NCBI GenBank assembly: GCA_043228905.1
Contig: JBHGNT010000014.1
Span: forward strand, 9,424,001-9,488,000
Direction: 5' to 3'
Length of the DNA stretch: 64,000 nucleotides
Source of the DNA: Azolla caroliniana
Lineage: Eukaryota; Plantae; Polypodiophyta
Part shown: positions 50,101 to 63,500 of the stretch, piece after piece
Layout of the letters: every line of letters begins with the position of its first letter
Position numbering within the stretch: the stretch's first letter is position 1
Program-made: the position numbers and the translations under genes
Notes under the pieces: model-generated
The model's input: only the letters and a program-made list of their open reading frames with translations
What the model was told of the DNA's origin: nothing
The model's database searches: none

Positions 50101-53100
50101 CCATCGACAATTCCTCCTGGGAATCCACATAAGGCGTCAAGTCTTGTAAAATATCGACTTCGAATAAAGGAATGATTTTCGGATTATCATCAAAATACTG
50201 ATTTTCTTCTACCTCGTCTAATCCCTCCATCATATTGACGGACTCAGCATATACAAGCAAACATTGTTTGCTTGTCGACACCTTGTTCTATGTCGACACT
50301 CGAATTTTCGTTTTGCCTTTTCTAAATGTTAGTTGATTCTAATTCCAGTTCTGCTTGATGTTAGCAGTTTTTAACCACGAACATCCTAATAACAAGGGAT
50401 ATGCACCATGAGCTTCCAAATGAAGAAAAACTGCTGATATTAGAAAACTATGACCACCCAATACTACCTCTAATTGGCAGAGTAATCCAATTGGTCGTAC
50501 CGTAGTGGTATCCGCCATTCTAAGCAAAATGGGCAAGCTTCCCATTTAGTAATTCCTAACCTATCACAGGTGGTTTTATTAATGACATTCACTCTTGAGC
50601 CACCATCGATAATCGTATTTTCGATTTCCTGACCCTGAATTATATACCTTAATTGATGGATTTTGCTCATCCATGATTGAAGGACTGTTGCTCCGTTGAC
50701 TATAATTTACTGATACTTGTTCCGACCCCTTTTGGGCAATCAATGTCACTACTTTTTCGGTAAATCTAGGGACCAACTTAGGTAATCCGGTCAATGATAA
50801 TGACACTTGGCAATCTGCCAAGAGCTTCCAAGCTTCCTCTTGTTCTGGTACAGGAATCACTCCTGGTAATTCATTAGCTTGATTAACTTCATTGTCTTGG
50901 AGCATCTGGTTTACATTATTTCTGTTTGCTTCCTCTACCCATTCCTTGGCTGCTTTCCGGTGTTGTGCCTTTCGGCTCCGGATCGTTTGCGTGAGTCAGG
51001 TGGGAACCGCTGGGGTTTTGGACTAGGAGGAAGAATTTGAGACGATTCTAATTATGAGTAGATTATTAGAAACTTGTGAATCCCACAAGTATAATGTATT
51101 TTATTGATTAATATTTATGTAAGAATATGTATTTAGATTGATAGAGAAAGATATAGAAATCTCGTGAATCCCACGAGTATAGTTTATTAATTGGTGTTTT
51201 AGGAAATATATCCAATTTCCCAAATATTTCACACACCTATTGCATTGTGCTCCCCATCCTTATATGGTGATGAGAGAGTCCTCACAATCCATGATTAAAC
51301 TTTATGCTTTTCCTATCAATAGACTATATGCTTTATTTAACATGTTTTTCCTAAAGTGATCATGCTTTTCTTTTTTCTTTTTTTTCTAATTTGTGCATTT
51401 TTTATTATTATTGACTATAGTGTTCATGCACGCTACATGTGCATGTGTAGCTTTTTCTTTTATCATGCGTTTTCCTAAAGTTTATCCTAGCGTGAACTTA
51501 CATTTTTATGTGGGACATCTACTTTTTAACACTAATGAAATGGTAGTGCAATGGTAAGACATTACATTATTAACATGGAGGTACAAATGTTTGAATCTTG
51601 CCCTATGCATGTATTATTTATTTTGACATTTTCTTCTATTTCTTCATATTTACTAAAACGTTACTTTATAAGTTTTTCATGTAGTCTACGAAATACACTA
51701 CGACACCAGACTGCTTCCTGAATCTCCCACTCGGATTGTTTACTTTTGCTCCTAGTGGTTACTTGTTGTATCTCCGGTATAACCATATTAACCGCCGGTC
51801 CTTTCCCTTTAGCAGGGCACTGATTAGCATAATGACTAGTTTGACGGCAAATATAGCAAGTAGGAACAAATGTTCCACTGCCCTCGCCTTGCTCAAACTA
51901 ACTAATCCCATCATTTTGCATAAACTGTTGACCATCATTCGGCGATTGCTGAAACTGTCATGAGGCTTTCGGTTTGTAGAATTTTTTATTTTTATACCGG
52001 TTCTGCTTAAACCGTCCTCCATTTTGCTATCGGTGGTATTGAGAATTCTTGATTTTGTTGAAAATTATTTTGTTGAAAATCTTGATTGTGCTGAAAATTA
52101 CTTTGTTGGAAAGACTAATTATTTTATTGAAAACCTGGATTCTGCTGGAATTTATTTTGCTGAAAGGTTTTATTGTTTTGAAAATTATTTTGTTGAGCTT
52201 GTGGAAAACTAGTTTGTTGGTATCGATTATTGAACGAATTTTGTTTATTGTGGTACCCATTTTCCGGAAAAATTTGTCTTATTGGAGCCGTCGTTTTATT
52301 AAGCAAGTTATACTCACATTGCTCGACCGAATAAAGTTTAGAATGACATATTGTGCAATGTGTCCATAGACTACACTCGATCGTCGAATGACCGGTATTT
52401 AAACAAGTAGTACACTGAACTGCTTGTCGAAATTGTAACTCCTCCATCATTGGCAGTGTACGATTTAGCGCTGACATATCCATACTTCCTACATTTATCG
52501 GTTGTCGGCCCATAGTGATTGCCTTATCAATCACTTGCTTGATATTCTGATTCCAGAAATCGAACACCTTCAGTGTTGTTCGTAATGGTTCCTGAATTGC
52601 TTCAAGGAATACATCCTTCAATTCATCGTCCAGAATAGGCCTAGAAATTTGCAGTTGCAAATTCTGAAAATGGATCATGAATTGAGACACTGTTTCCTGC
52701 TGCTCCTGATACAACGCATAAAATTGCGCTATCAAGTCTTTTTGAGGTATTTGATGATGAAATAACTGTAGAAATTTGTTGTTCAATTGTTCGAATGTTT
52801 CGAACCCATAGAGACCATTTTGCACAAAACAATTAGCGGAATAACCCTCTAATGACAAAACGAACTTACCAATCTTCGACTTATCTTCGGTTTTCACTGA
52901 CGGTCTCTGAGCTCCATGGTTAACCTCCCATGTTGTCAGAAAATCCCGCACATGCGCTTCTGCATCAACTCCCTCGGAACTTTGAGTATGGATAAGGCAT
53001 ATTGTCCTCACTCCAAATATCGTAAAATGATACCTCTTCTGGCTGATTTTCGTCGGAAGACTGGCTATCAATTAAATCAGGAAGTACCGAGCACCTTCTA

Positions 53101-53211
53101 CTTGTTTCCTGCTGTAAGCCCTCAGTCGATTCTGTCTCTATTGTCTTCGTAACAGAACACGTACGAGGACGTTTACAACCGACTGGTGTATTCGGACAAG
53201 ACGACATCCAT
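47200..53211 (-). pseudogene. gag-pol: Gypsy E gag-pol remnant
   Basis: Double knuckle CTTCLNTGH..C / CTICHS..C, IIDGGSRVN, FLDGFSGYNQ, FLDDF and WGLDFVGPF. Confidence 0.92.
50961..51705 (-). mobile_element. Solo LTR related to the M-family LTRs
   Basis: Reverse-complement similarity to both ends of 60524-61150. Flanks CCGG and CCAG fit a 4-bp TSD with one transition. Confidence 0.85.
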
Positions 53212-53716
53212 TCGTCTTGTTATCTGCTATGTGCAGATGTAACCGGGCCTGCCAAAATTATACTGTGTTGTTCGGTCGACAATTGCTATTTTGCCGACAC
53301 AGTATAAGACAAACGTTCGTCTCAAATGTTCTATCAAGAAGTTGTGGTTAGACGGATAGATACGAATTAGCTATAAACTTATCGGTGATAACAGACACCG
53401 AGATCGTGACTTATGTAATATAGCTTAGACAAAAATAAACAGATGACAAGAAGTAGTTTGTACACAGATATTTCCTAAACAAACTTTATATTACTAAATA
53501 CAACGATAGATTTTTACAATGCCTTCGGTTCCTTTTATAGGTAACCCGAAGGTGTTTTCTCATCAAGAAATCCTACTGCTTCTACTTAACAAGAATTACA
53601 AAACTTCATAACTAACTATGTCCTATTCGGCTATTTGCTGAGTCATCAATCCGAACTGTCGATCTGACTCCGAACATCTTTCCGATACCGACACATTCAT
53701 ACTTGTCTGGGTAACA

Positions 53717-56700
53717 GTGTACCTATGGAATGGGCGGGTACACGCTAGCGAAACCCGGAGGGCCCTGGATCTGAACGTCAGACGAGGGGGGATGAAACGG
53801 TTGATGGAGGAAGCGGCGGCTCGCCACGCGGAGACCATCCACTACTCGGCGTCGACGGGAATCCGGGTTAGGAGTGATAAAGTCCGGAAAACGAAGGACT
53901 CCGGGTTCTAGCCGTTGATGCTGGAAGGCCTAGCGGAACGTGCAGAAAGACGGGTCTTAGAGGTAATCGGGTGGAGGGACCCGGTCGAAGAGAAGACGGG
54001 CTTCGTGGAAGCCGCGTGCCAGAACTACGAGGTTCTGGTGGAAGACAAGCACGCGGGAAAGACCGGGGGGCTAGACCCTCACAACGGTATGAGATCTGGT
54101 TCGGGCCGAAGCCGAATAATGTCGGTGCATCCGGCGCACCGGACAAGGCCAAGAAGGTCGGGTACTGGTTGAGCACAAAGATCGAAAGGACCACAGACCT
54201 ACAAAAGGTCCTAGAGGAATAGATCCTCGACAGAAAAGTGGAGCTATCACTGAGGGAAGTGCTTGGTATCGCCAAGAAGGAGTTCCATGACGCCATCATA
54301 GACTTGGTGAAGTGGAAAAGGCTTTCGATGGAGCCAGAGCCAGAGAAGCCAGTGGAGGTGAGAACAACGCACCTCGAAGACATGGCCCTGGAGGACGAGT
54401 TGGCGGAAAGCCACTACTCGAGGCTACATTGGGCTAGGGCCACTACCTGAAACCCCTGTTCGGATTGGGGATGTCCAGGAGCCGGTGGTGGCATTGGTAG
54501 ACCATAGTTCGGAGATCAACTTGATGTCCATGGACTTCTACAAGAAGGGAAAGTGGCCGATGAACACCAAGCACTGGTGGAAGATATGGGCAGCAACGTG
54601 TGCCACGGAGGAGCTACACGAAGCCTGCCTGAATGTATGAGTGAAAATCAGCGATGTCAAGATCGATCAACACTTTTTCATGCAGGAGACGTCCTTGCAT
54701 CTGGTGATACTCGGAGAACCATACATCACGGCGACGCGCATGGAGACGAAGGTGATGGACAACGGTTCAGCGTATGCCCGAGTCAAAAGCCAGGAAGGGC
54801 GTCACTCCATTTAGTTTCTGATGGTACGACCAAACCACGAAACCCTTGGTGGCGAAAGCCGAGGGGATTTTTAGAGAGGGCTATCAAGGCGTGGGGACAC
54901 GATAGTCCGGACACACCGGAAAAACCTCACACATGTGTAGTAGGCAAAAGAACCTATAACATAGGTAGGAAGTTTTGGTTCTCCAACAGTGGAGGTTGTA
55001 CAATAGCCAGTTTCGGTAGAAGACTCGAGTCGAATCGGATGGCCCGAGTGGATACAAAGTACAAGACTGTGGACCAGAAGGTGAGGCAAGCCGCGGCACC
55101 CTTGCCGGAGGGCAGCGAGTTACGGATGAAAGGGGTTGCGTCAAACCCAAGTTTACGAGATCCGGCTGGCATAGGACACCGATTCACCGACATAACGCTA
55201 CGAGAGCTCAAGGTCGGTGGGGGTGGCTTCCTACTGCCGGCGGAGGAGGGCCGGTTTCGTAGAATGCTCGGGACGCACGGAAAGGCCTTCGCGTTCTCAC
55301 CGGAGGAGATCAGGTGCGTAGACCCCACGATTGTGATCTTCACGGTACCGCATGTACCATGGAATCTCAAACCGATTCCAGTACCCAGAGCTCACATCCC
55401 GAAGCTGATGGAGCTACTAAAACAGAAGGTGGAGATGGGCATCCTCAAACTATCGAGTGCCCCGTATTCTAATCGGTGGTTTACCATGCCCAAGAAGAAT
55501 GGCACGCTGCGCTTCATTCAGGACCTGCAACCGGTCAACAAGGTGACCATTCGGAACGTAGGAATCAGACCGACAATAGACGAGTTCGCGGAGGCCTTCG
55601 CAAGGTCAATTTACTCGGTCAGTAATCTATACTCGAGATACGATCAGTTCCAGCTAGCCGTGGAGAGCAGGGACATTACGACAATGCGAACTCCTCTCGG
55701 CCTAGTACAGATGTGTACCCTTCCGCAAGGAGGGACGAACTCGGTAGCCCACATGGTGGATGCAATGAACAAAGTGTTGAGGGATTGTATCCCAGACATC
55801 ACCATGCCATTCTTAGACGACATCCTGATCAAAGGATGCCCGGTGGAGGATAAGGACGAGACAATCGGACCGGACGGATGCCGGAAATTCTTGTTTGACC
55901 ATGTCGATGACTAGACGGCACGAGGCTCGCCTTCTCCGGGGAAAAATCGGCCTTCGGGCAATCGGAGATCATGGTCGTCGGACACCTATGCGGGCCATTC
56001 GGTCGGAAAGTGTCGCCGTCCAAGGTAGAGGCCATCTCTGCAATGAAGCACAACTGCAATTTGGTCACGAAAGTCTGGAGATTCTTGGGAGCATGCGTGT
56101 TCTACCATATGTGGATCCCACATTACACCCACGTCGCGGAGCCGCTCAATGGATTGCTGAAGAAAGGGCGTAAATTCGAGTGGAGGGAGGAGCATATGGA
56201 GTCGGTCTGGAAAATGAAAGAAGCACTTGTTGTGGCGTCGATACTCTGGAAAGCGTTGTACGGTAAAGACATTCTGATTTATGTGACCATAGACACGAGT
56301 CCGACCGGAATCGGATGGGTGATCAACCAGGAGGTTGAGAATGGCACGAGGTTCCCCGTCCGGTTCGACGCGAAAGTCCTCAGTGAACGACAATGAGGGT
56401 ACACCCAGGTTAAACATGAAGTCTAGGGTATTGTTTCGGCGGTCAAGGCCGACAAAGACTACCTGATTGGGACGGAGGTGATAATTGAGACAGATTGCCT
56501 GCCGATTCTCGGTATGGTTTCCTAATGCGCGACGCCGGACCTTGCAATGCTCAGGTGGATAGCGTACATCAAGTCCCTAAATTTGGAAATACGACACATT
56601 TCCGGAAAGGACACATGGCCGACATGCTTTCGAGGGCGAGATTCGATGATGAGGACAACATGGTTTCGGAGGACAAAGAAGTCGGCGTGGACTTCTTCGA

Positions 56701-58097
56701 GATGGCTTACATAACAACAAGGAAGGGGAGCACTCCGGCGCTTAACGAGTTCGACAAGAGCAAGTATGACGGGGAGTGACTCTAGATCGGCGGGTTCCTG
56801 AAGACGATGACACAGGATGTGGCGTGGACGAAGGAAGAGACCAACCAGATTCGGAAGAAAGCGTACCGGTTCTTCCTACGGGATGGGTGCATATGGAAGC
56901 ACCCGAAGAAGAGAAACAACATCCCACTCTGGGTTGTGGTGAAGAAAGAGGAACAGGTGGAACTACTGACGGCGTACCATGAGAGTCCCTGGACCGGACA
57001 CCACGGGACGTGGGCCACATTCGAGAAGCTGAAGGGGAAGTATTGGTGGCCGGGACTATACCGCGCCGTGCATAGGTACGTGTCAGATGCACTCCGTAGT
57101 CCGACATCGGGACGAGCTCCACCCAACCTACCCTCCGACCATCCACTTCAAGTGGATGATGGATCTACTAACGATGCCGATGGGGGTAGGGTAGATGTGA
57201 TATCTGGTGCTGGCTCGAGAGGACATGATGAACCAAGTGGAAGGCCGAGCGTTGCCGAACAAAACGACTGTGGTCGTGTGCTGATTTTTGATCGAGGAAG
57301 TGGTATGCCGGTACGGGTGCGTAGGAAAGATCGTAGCCAACCGCGGAGAACTGGACGCACAAGAGGTTGAAGAGTTGTTTGACCGGCCAGGGGTTAAACT
57401 CTTGCTCATCACGGTGTACAATCCGGAGGCGAACGGGAAGTTGGAACGCAGACACGGGCCGATCGTCAAAGCGTTAGTGCAGGCATGCGGAGACCAAGTC
57501 AGAAACTGGCCGCGGCTCTTGCCCTATACGTTGTGGGCCGACCGAACTATGCACAATTTGGTAACCGGGTTCATGCCGGCAGAGCTGATGTACGGGCAGA
57601 AGTCGGTCATGCCAATGGAGTGAACGATCTCCTCATGGGCCACGGCGGACTGGAGAGACGAGAGGAGCCGGGAGGAGCTGTTAGCGGCACGGATCCGACA
57701 ACTCGAGCGAAGACCAGAGGATGTGGAACAAGCCGCGGAAAAGTTACAGACCGCGAGGGTAAAGAACAAGGGACGATTCGACCAGACTCACCGACTAAGG
57801 CCGAACAAAATCAAGGAAGGTGACTGGGTTCGGGTATATGATAGCATCCTCGACAACTAGCACAAGGCGATGCGGAAGTTCGCAAGCTGGTGGTTCGGGC
57901 CTTACGTGGTGACAAGCGCCAACGACAACGGCACCTACCATCTCGTGGAGCTTGACGGAACGAGGATGGCAGTACCGGTGGCGGGAAAAAGGATCACAGT
58001 GTTCAAAAAGCGGCATGAGGATGAACCATACCCGGACGACTTGGATACTGAGGACGACCGGTTCGGAGCGAATGAAGATCCGGAGGACGAATGGTAA
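53717..58097 (+). pseudogene. pol: Gypsy D gag end, protease, RT, RNase H and integrase remnant
   Basis: ORFs 54553-55914 (RT), 55971-56396 and 57288-57623 (YNPEANGKLER), and GPY module WFGPYVV. Confidence 0.9.
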
Positions 58098-59110
58098 GTG
58101 TGGGCCGGTCTTCTCCCGCAAGAGTCTACTTTGGCGCATACCGGTGGATGCACGGTTAGGTGGGGGCAAATGTCGTGGAGAAACTCGTCCCTAGGCGGAA
58201 TCGGAGAATGATGTGCATGAACCGGCCCTTACACGCGGGCACAAGTTTTGTTGTAATGAATGTATTAGGGTATAAGTCGGCTGATGTGAATATCCTAGGT
58301 CGCACGGATTTGATAGGTAGGAAACCGAGGTATATCTCTGTCCGAAAGGACAGAGAATTAAGATCATGTAACAAGTTTTAACGGCCTCCCTCCTTGGGCT
58401 ATAAAAGAGAGGGAGAGGGATCGTATAAGGGATCATTTTTGTCGAGGACGAAGTGTTGTCGGACTGGGACCGAGCTCTCCTCCTCCGTCTTTCTCTGTAT
58501 TTGTGTTGTGCAAGTTTTCGGGAGGCTGATTCTGCTGCGCGGAACGCCCGAGTCCTTCCGGTAGAGTCTCCATCTCCCTCTTCTATGTGTGTGTGCGTAG
58601 GCGTAGGAGGTTTGTTGCTCACCGGCTTGCCGGTTGTAACCCCTTTTTCATCAGAATATATATATACATATACGCATTCGTCTCGCTTCCGTTGTTTCAT
58701 TCGGTTGCGGTTTCTGTGTATTTGTGTGTGTGTGTGTGTGTGGAAGCATGGCCGTTGTCTTTCTTGCTCCTACTCCTGATCGGTTATTCCTCAGTCCAAG
58801 ACCCCCGCGGTCCCGCCTCATCCTATACACACGCATGTAACAACGCGACAGCGCGATAACATGCCAAAATCAACTGCAAAATTTTTATACGAGTGCATAT
58901 GGTGTCGGTTCGGTTTCCCGATTGAACTGGTTATCGACCAAGGGCCTCATTTCATTAATGACATCATTGCCAGCCTTACCTCCCACTATGCAATCGTGCA
59001 TAGGAGGAGTACATTGTACTATCCCCAAGCAAACGGATTAGCGGAGAGCACGAACAAGATACTCTAAAGCATTCTCCACAAAATCGTCAACAAGCATCGT
59101 ACGGATTTGC

Positions 59111-59708
59111 ACGCCGAGTAGTTGGAGCCGGTTAGCTTAAACATGTCCTCGAATGAGTCTTCCATTGCTCTGATATCATTTGTTGCGCTCATTACCGGCC
59201 ACAACCGGTTACTGTTCGTATATTCGTGTACAAGAAACAACGCAAACAGAAAACTGAAGAACAAAATAGCTAAAAAAGCAGAGAACCCACAGATTTTACC
59301 ATGGAAACCCAAATTGGGAAAAACCATGTGGAGTCCACATGCTCTGAAAACAGATCACTATGATGATGAGGGGGTACAACAAGAAACTCAAAGATAACGA
59401 CCTCTAGTTCTTCTTCGTCAGCAGACGACTATAGAGTTGCACTTACACACTCTCCCTCTCTTCCACATTCTCTCAGTTATGGAGACCACTACCTCGTACT
59501 AACTATCTCATGATAATGATACATATAATGATTGCCCTAGATGCTTATATACTAGTACAACTTTCGAACTATTTACAAGTATAGCCCACATAGGCTTATT
59601 TTGACTATTTACAGATATAGTCTCCCAAGTTGGCTGTCTACACGATTTTCTGTTCCTCATCAACTCGGCTCTTCTCTCTTCCCATCTGGAGGGACCTATT
59701 TCCCAACA
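59111..59708 (-). mobile_element. Truncated Copia L: LTR 59181-59708, Met PBS and gag start
   Basis: rc PBS TGATATCAGAGCA at 59166-59178. MEDSFEDMFKLTGSNYS resembles the start of A Gag. Confidence 0.85.
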
Positions 59709-60523
59709 CGTGGGAGAAAAGAGTAAGTCGGGTAATGTATTTCTTGGCAACATGTGTCCATGAGATGCGAAGACGCCTAAAGAAGCTAGGCAAACTTAAA
59801 GAAACTTTTCTCCACCAACATGATCGCCCGCAAGCTTAAATTCCAGCAAGAGTTGAAAAACATATGCTTGTGTCAGACTACGCCGCCAAGATCAAGAGCA
59901 TTTGTTACTCGCTTGGCTCCATCAACGTAAACGTTGACGAAGACAAGACAGTTCAAGTATGCTTGGGTGGCCTCGCACATTGATTCAACTTGATAAGGAC
60001 GGCTATCTTAGCGAGAAAACCCCAACCAATGTTATTCGTCGAAGAGAACCACGTCTGAACCAAGAACAAGACGTCAGAAGGACAAATGTTCTTCTCGAAT
60101 TCGGATGGTGGCCGAGGATAAGGTCACAATGGTAGAAAAGGTCGATTCGACCCATCTCACGAAGGGAATTCAAACCTCTGACAACAAGATGGAAGCCTTC
60201 GAGGAACCTTCGAAAGAAGGGGGAGCTTCAATGCTCAACAAAATCGGCAAAAAATGCCACTTACCTATAACAATTGTGGGAAGATCGACCATCGCGAAAA
60301 GGAGTGCTGAAAGAAAAGAAGTGAGTCTTCTTCGCCAAGCCGACAACTCACAAACTATGCAACCAACTCCGAATACGACGACTACAGTGGGCTTTTCATA
60401 ATGAGACATAGAGTAAACTCTATAACAACCTCCGCCTCCACAAGCATCTCCAACTCGGAAGACGTGTGGTTCATCCACTCCAGTGCCTTACATAATATGA
60501 CGTCACACCAAGAGTGGTTCTGT
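59709..60523 (+). pseudogene. Old Copia gag-protease fragment
   Basis: ARKLKFQQEL, decayed knuckle YNCGKIDHREKEC and EDVWFIHSSA..MTSHQEWF. Confidence 0.75.
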
Positions 60524-63500
60524 TGTCGTAGTGTAATTTGCACACTACGTGAAATATGTAAGAAATATCCAATTAAGTATGCATAAAGAAATAAAAGAAA
60601 ATATTAAAATATATGTTACATGCATAGGGCAAGATTCGAACCTTGTACATCCATGTAAACAAACCCCAAACTTTACCATTGTACTAACATATCATAAGTG
60701 ACAAAAAAACAGTTACTCATGTATGTCTAGAGTGCATGAGCATTATATTTAGAAATAAAAAGCAGTGTAGAAAAAGCAAATCAAGGACATCTCGTGTGCA
60801 TGAAAACTTTAGAAAAGCATTATGCTATGTTTAGTCTCTTCCATCACTATATAAGGAAGAGAGAAAGATGTATATGGTTGTTGATTTTTTATAAGGGTTG
60901 ATTAATATATTATATTCGTGGGAGTTTATGAATTTGCTATCTATTTCTCTCTTGCAATCTAAATTTGTATTCTTACCTAAACATTAATTAATATAGTATA
61001 TTCATGGGATTCAAGAATGTCATATCGTTCTATCAGATAATCTATTAATATTCACAACTAAACTCAACTCAAATTCTTCTTCCTGCTAGTCCAAAACCCC
61101 AGTGGTTCCCACCCGACTCATGCAACGATCCGGTGACGAAAGGCACGACATAGTCAGTGAACTCGACGTGAACACAGGTGGCAAGTAGATGGAAAATCAA
61201 CAAGAGGCAAACAATATGATTACAATGTCTTCCGATACTCGGGATGATGCAGTGTTGTACGATACCGGATATGGCCAGTCACTTAATCCGGAGGTAAGAC
61301 ACGTATCCGGAAAAGACAACACAGTAGCGAATATGTTGTCAAGGGCACAGTTTGGAGACGACATAGCCGAATCCGATAATGAAGAAGTTTATGAAAACTA
61401 CTTTACTTTAAACCACATATGCCGGGTGAACGTAATCCGAGAATTTCGGGAAGCTGAATACGAGGGAGAAAGCCTGATGATCGGGAAGGTGCTACAAGAA
61501 ATCGAGGAATCCTAAGAAAATATGGAAAAGAGAGTTGAGATCCGAAGTAAGAAGCTGCAAGTCCGGAAGTTCTTCTTGAACAATGGATTAATTAGGAGAG
61601 AGCCAAAAACACCAGATGGCATACCACTGTGGGTAGTTGGAACAAAAGAACAACGAAATCAAATAATATGCAAATTTCATGAATCCGATTGGGCTGGACA
61701 TTGGGGAACATGGGCAACATTTGCAAAGATCAAGAAAAAATATTGTTGGAAGAATATGTGCAAAGATGTAGCAGAAATCACGGGAAGTTGCGAGAAATGC
61801 CAAATCTACTCCGGAGTTCAACACCGAGATGAATTACATGTGACATTCTCATCGACAATCAACTTCAAATGGATGGTCAACATTGTGGCCATGCCAACCA
61901 GGATCGGATAAAAGAAGTACTTGGTATTAACTCGGAAAGATATGACGAACAAAGTAGAAGGTCAGGCACTACGAAGGAAAACATGTTCTGAAGTATGCCA
62001 ATTTCTCTTGGAAGAAGTGTTCTGCAGGTACGGGTGCGTAGGACAAGGGATTGCAGATCAGAGAGAACTTGACTCTGATAAAGCTAGGGAATTCCTCGCC
62101 AAACATGGAGTACAGTTACCACTAACCACGGAATACAATTCGGAAGCCAACGGGAAGATCGAATGAGGACATAGTCCAATAGTTAAAGCACGTGCAAAAG
62201 CATGTGACGGAACGGTGAAGAATTAGCCACAGATGCTTCCATATGCACTCTGGGCAAATCGCACAACACATAGTTCTGTGACCGGTTATATGCCAATGGT
62301 ACTTATGACCGGCCAAGCATTGGTAATGTCGGCGGAAACTGCAATTGCGACATGGACAGTGCTTCCGTGGAAGGAAGAGATGAGCCAGGATGAACTACTA
62401 CTAGTTTGGATACGACAATTGGAGAGAAGACCAGAAGACATAACGGAAGCAATACACCGACAACAAGAAGTGCAATTCCCAAACAAAAGTGGATTCGACA
62501 CAAAGCACTGTCTACTACCACGGAAGATTGAAGAAGGAGATTGGGTGATAGTCTATGGCAGTAGTTGGATCATCAACACACAACGATCCGGAAATTCGCT
62601 AAAAGGTGGTTCGGACCATACGAAGTTTGGAAAGTTTTCGACAACAGAACCTACCAACTAAGTGAGTTCGATGGAACGGTACTACGGGTGCCTATGGCGG
62701 GGAAACGGGTAAGGATTTTCTAGAAGCAAACTGATGATGACTCCTAAGTGACCTTAGACAAGACCGCAATGAGGAGCAATCAGACAAAGACCATGGTGGT
62801 GCGGAAAGCGAAGAAAGTGGCCTAGAATTGATAATCGACATAAGGGGAGAACTTGAGAGTGCTAAGGATAAAGGAGAATAACATGCATAAGAACTTCAAC
62901 ACATACCGGAGGATGTGTGGGCTCGGAGGGGGCGAATGTCGTAGTGTAATTTGCACACTACGTAAAATATGTAAGAAATATCCGATTAAGTATGCGTAAA
63001 GAAATAAAAGAAAATATTAAAATATATGTTACATGTGTAGGGCAAGATTCAAACCTTTCATGTACATGTAAACATACCCCAAACTTTACAATTGTACTAA
63101 TGTGTCATAAGTGACAAAAAGAAAGTTACTCATGCACGTCTAGAGTGCATGAGCACTATATTTAGAAATTAAAAACATGGTAGAAAAAGCAATTCAGGGA
63201 CATCTAGTGTGCATGAACACTTTAGAAAAGCGTTATGATATGTTTAGTCTCTTCCATCACTATATAAGGAAGAGAGAAAGATGTATATGGTTGTTGATTT
63301 TTTATAAGGGTTGATTAATATATTATATTCGTGGGAATTCACGAATTTGCCATCTATTTCTCTCTTGCAATCTAAATTCGTATTCTTACCTAAACATTAA
63401 TTAATACACTAAATTCGTGGTATTCATGAGTTTCATATCTTTCTTTCTTATAATCTATTAATATTCACAACTAAACTCATCTCCAACTCTTCTTCCTCCT

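Larger units (their letters stand above)
44855..53716 (-). mobile_element. Ty3/Gypsy element E, relative of C, 3'-truncated
   Basis: 5' LTR at ~53258-53716, PBS TGGCAGGCCCGGT at 53242-53254, gag 52124-53071, RT 49212-50047, RH 48186-48971, INT 47247-48176, then the extra ORF. No 3' LTR. Confidence 0.92.
43751..58850 (+). mobile_element. Ty3/Gypsy element D with tRNA-Trp PBS, degenerate, containing E
   Basis: LTRs 43751-44408 and 58171-58850. PBS TGGTGAACCCGACATGAA at 44413 and PPT AGGTGGGGGCAAA. Gag from 44454, then PR (LVDHSSEINL), RT (PFLDDILIKG), RH and INT over 53717-58097. Confidence 0.93.
43269..59110 (+). pseudogene. Old Gypsy integrase fragment F (43269-43750 and 58851-59110), C/E-related, split by D
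   Basis: [25 protein letters not shown] before D continues as DNMPKSTAKFLYECIWCRFG..YPQANGLAESTNK after D. Confidence 0.88.

Noticed and set aside
51535-51610. Functional tRNA gene
   Set aside because: A/B-box-like motifs are present but no complete cloverleaf or acceptor stem can be formed.
52024-52260. Periodic AT-rich repeat (GAAAATTATTTTG)
   Set aside because: It encodes the Asn/Gln-rich low-complexity region of E Gag.
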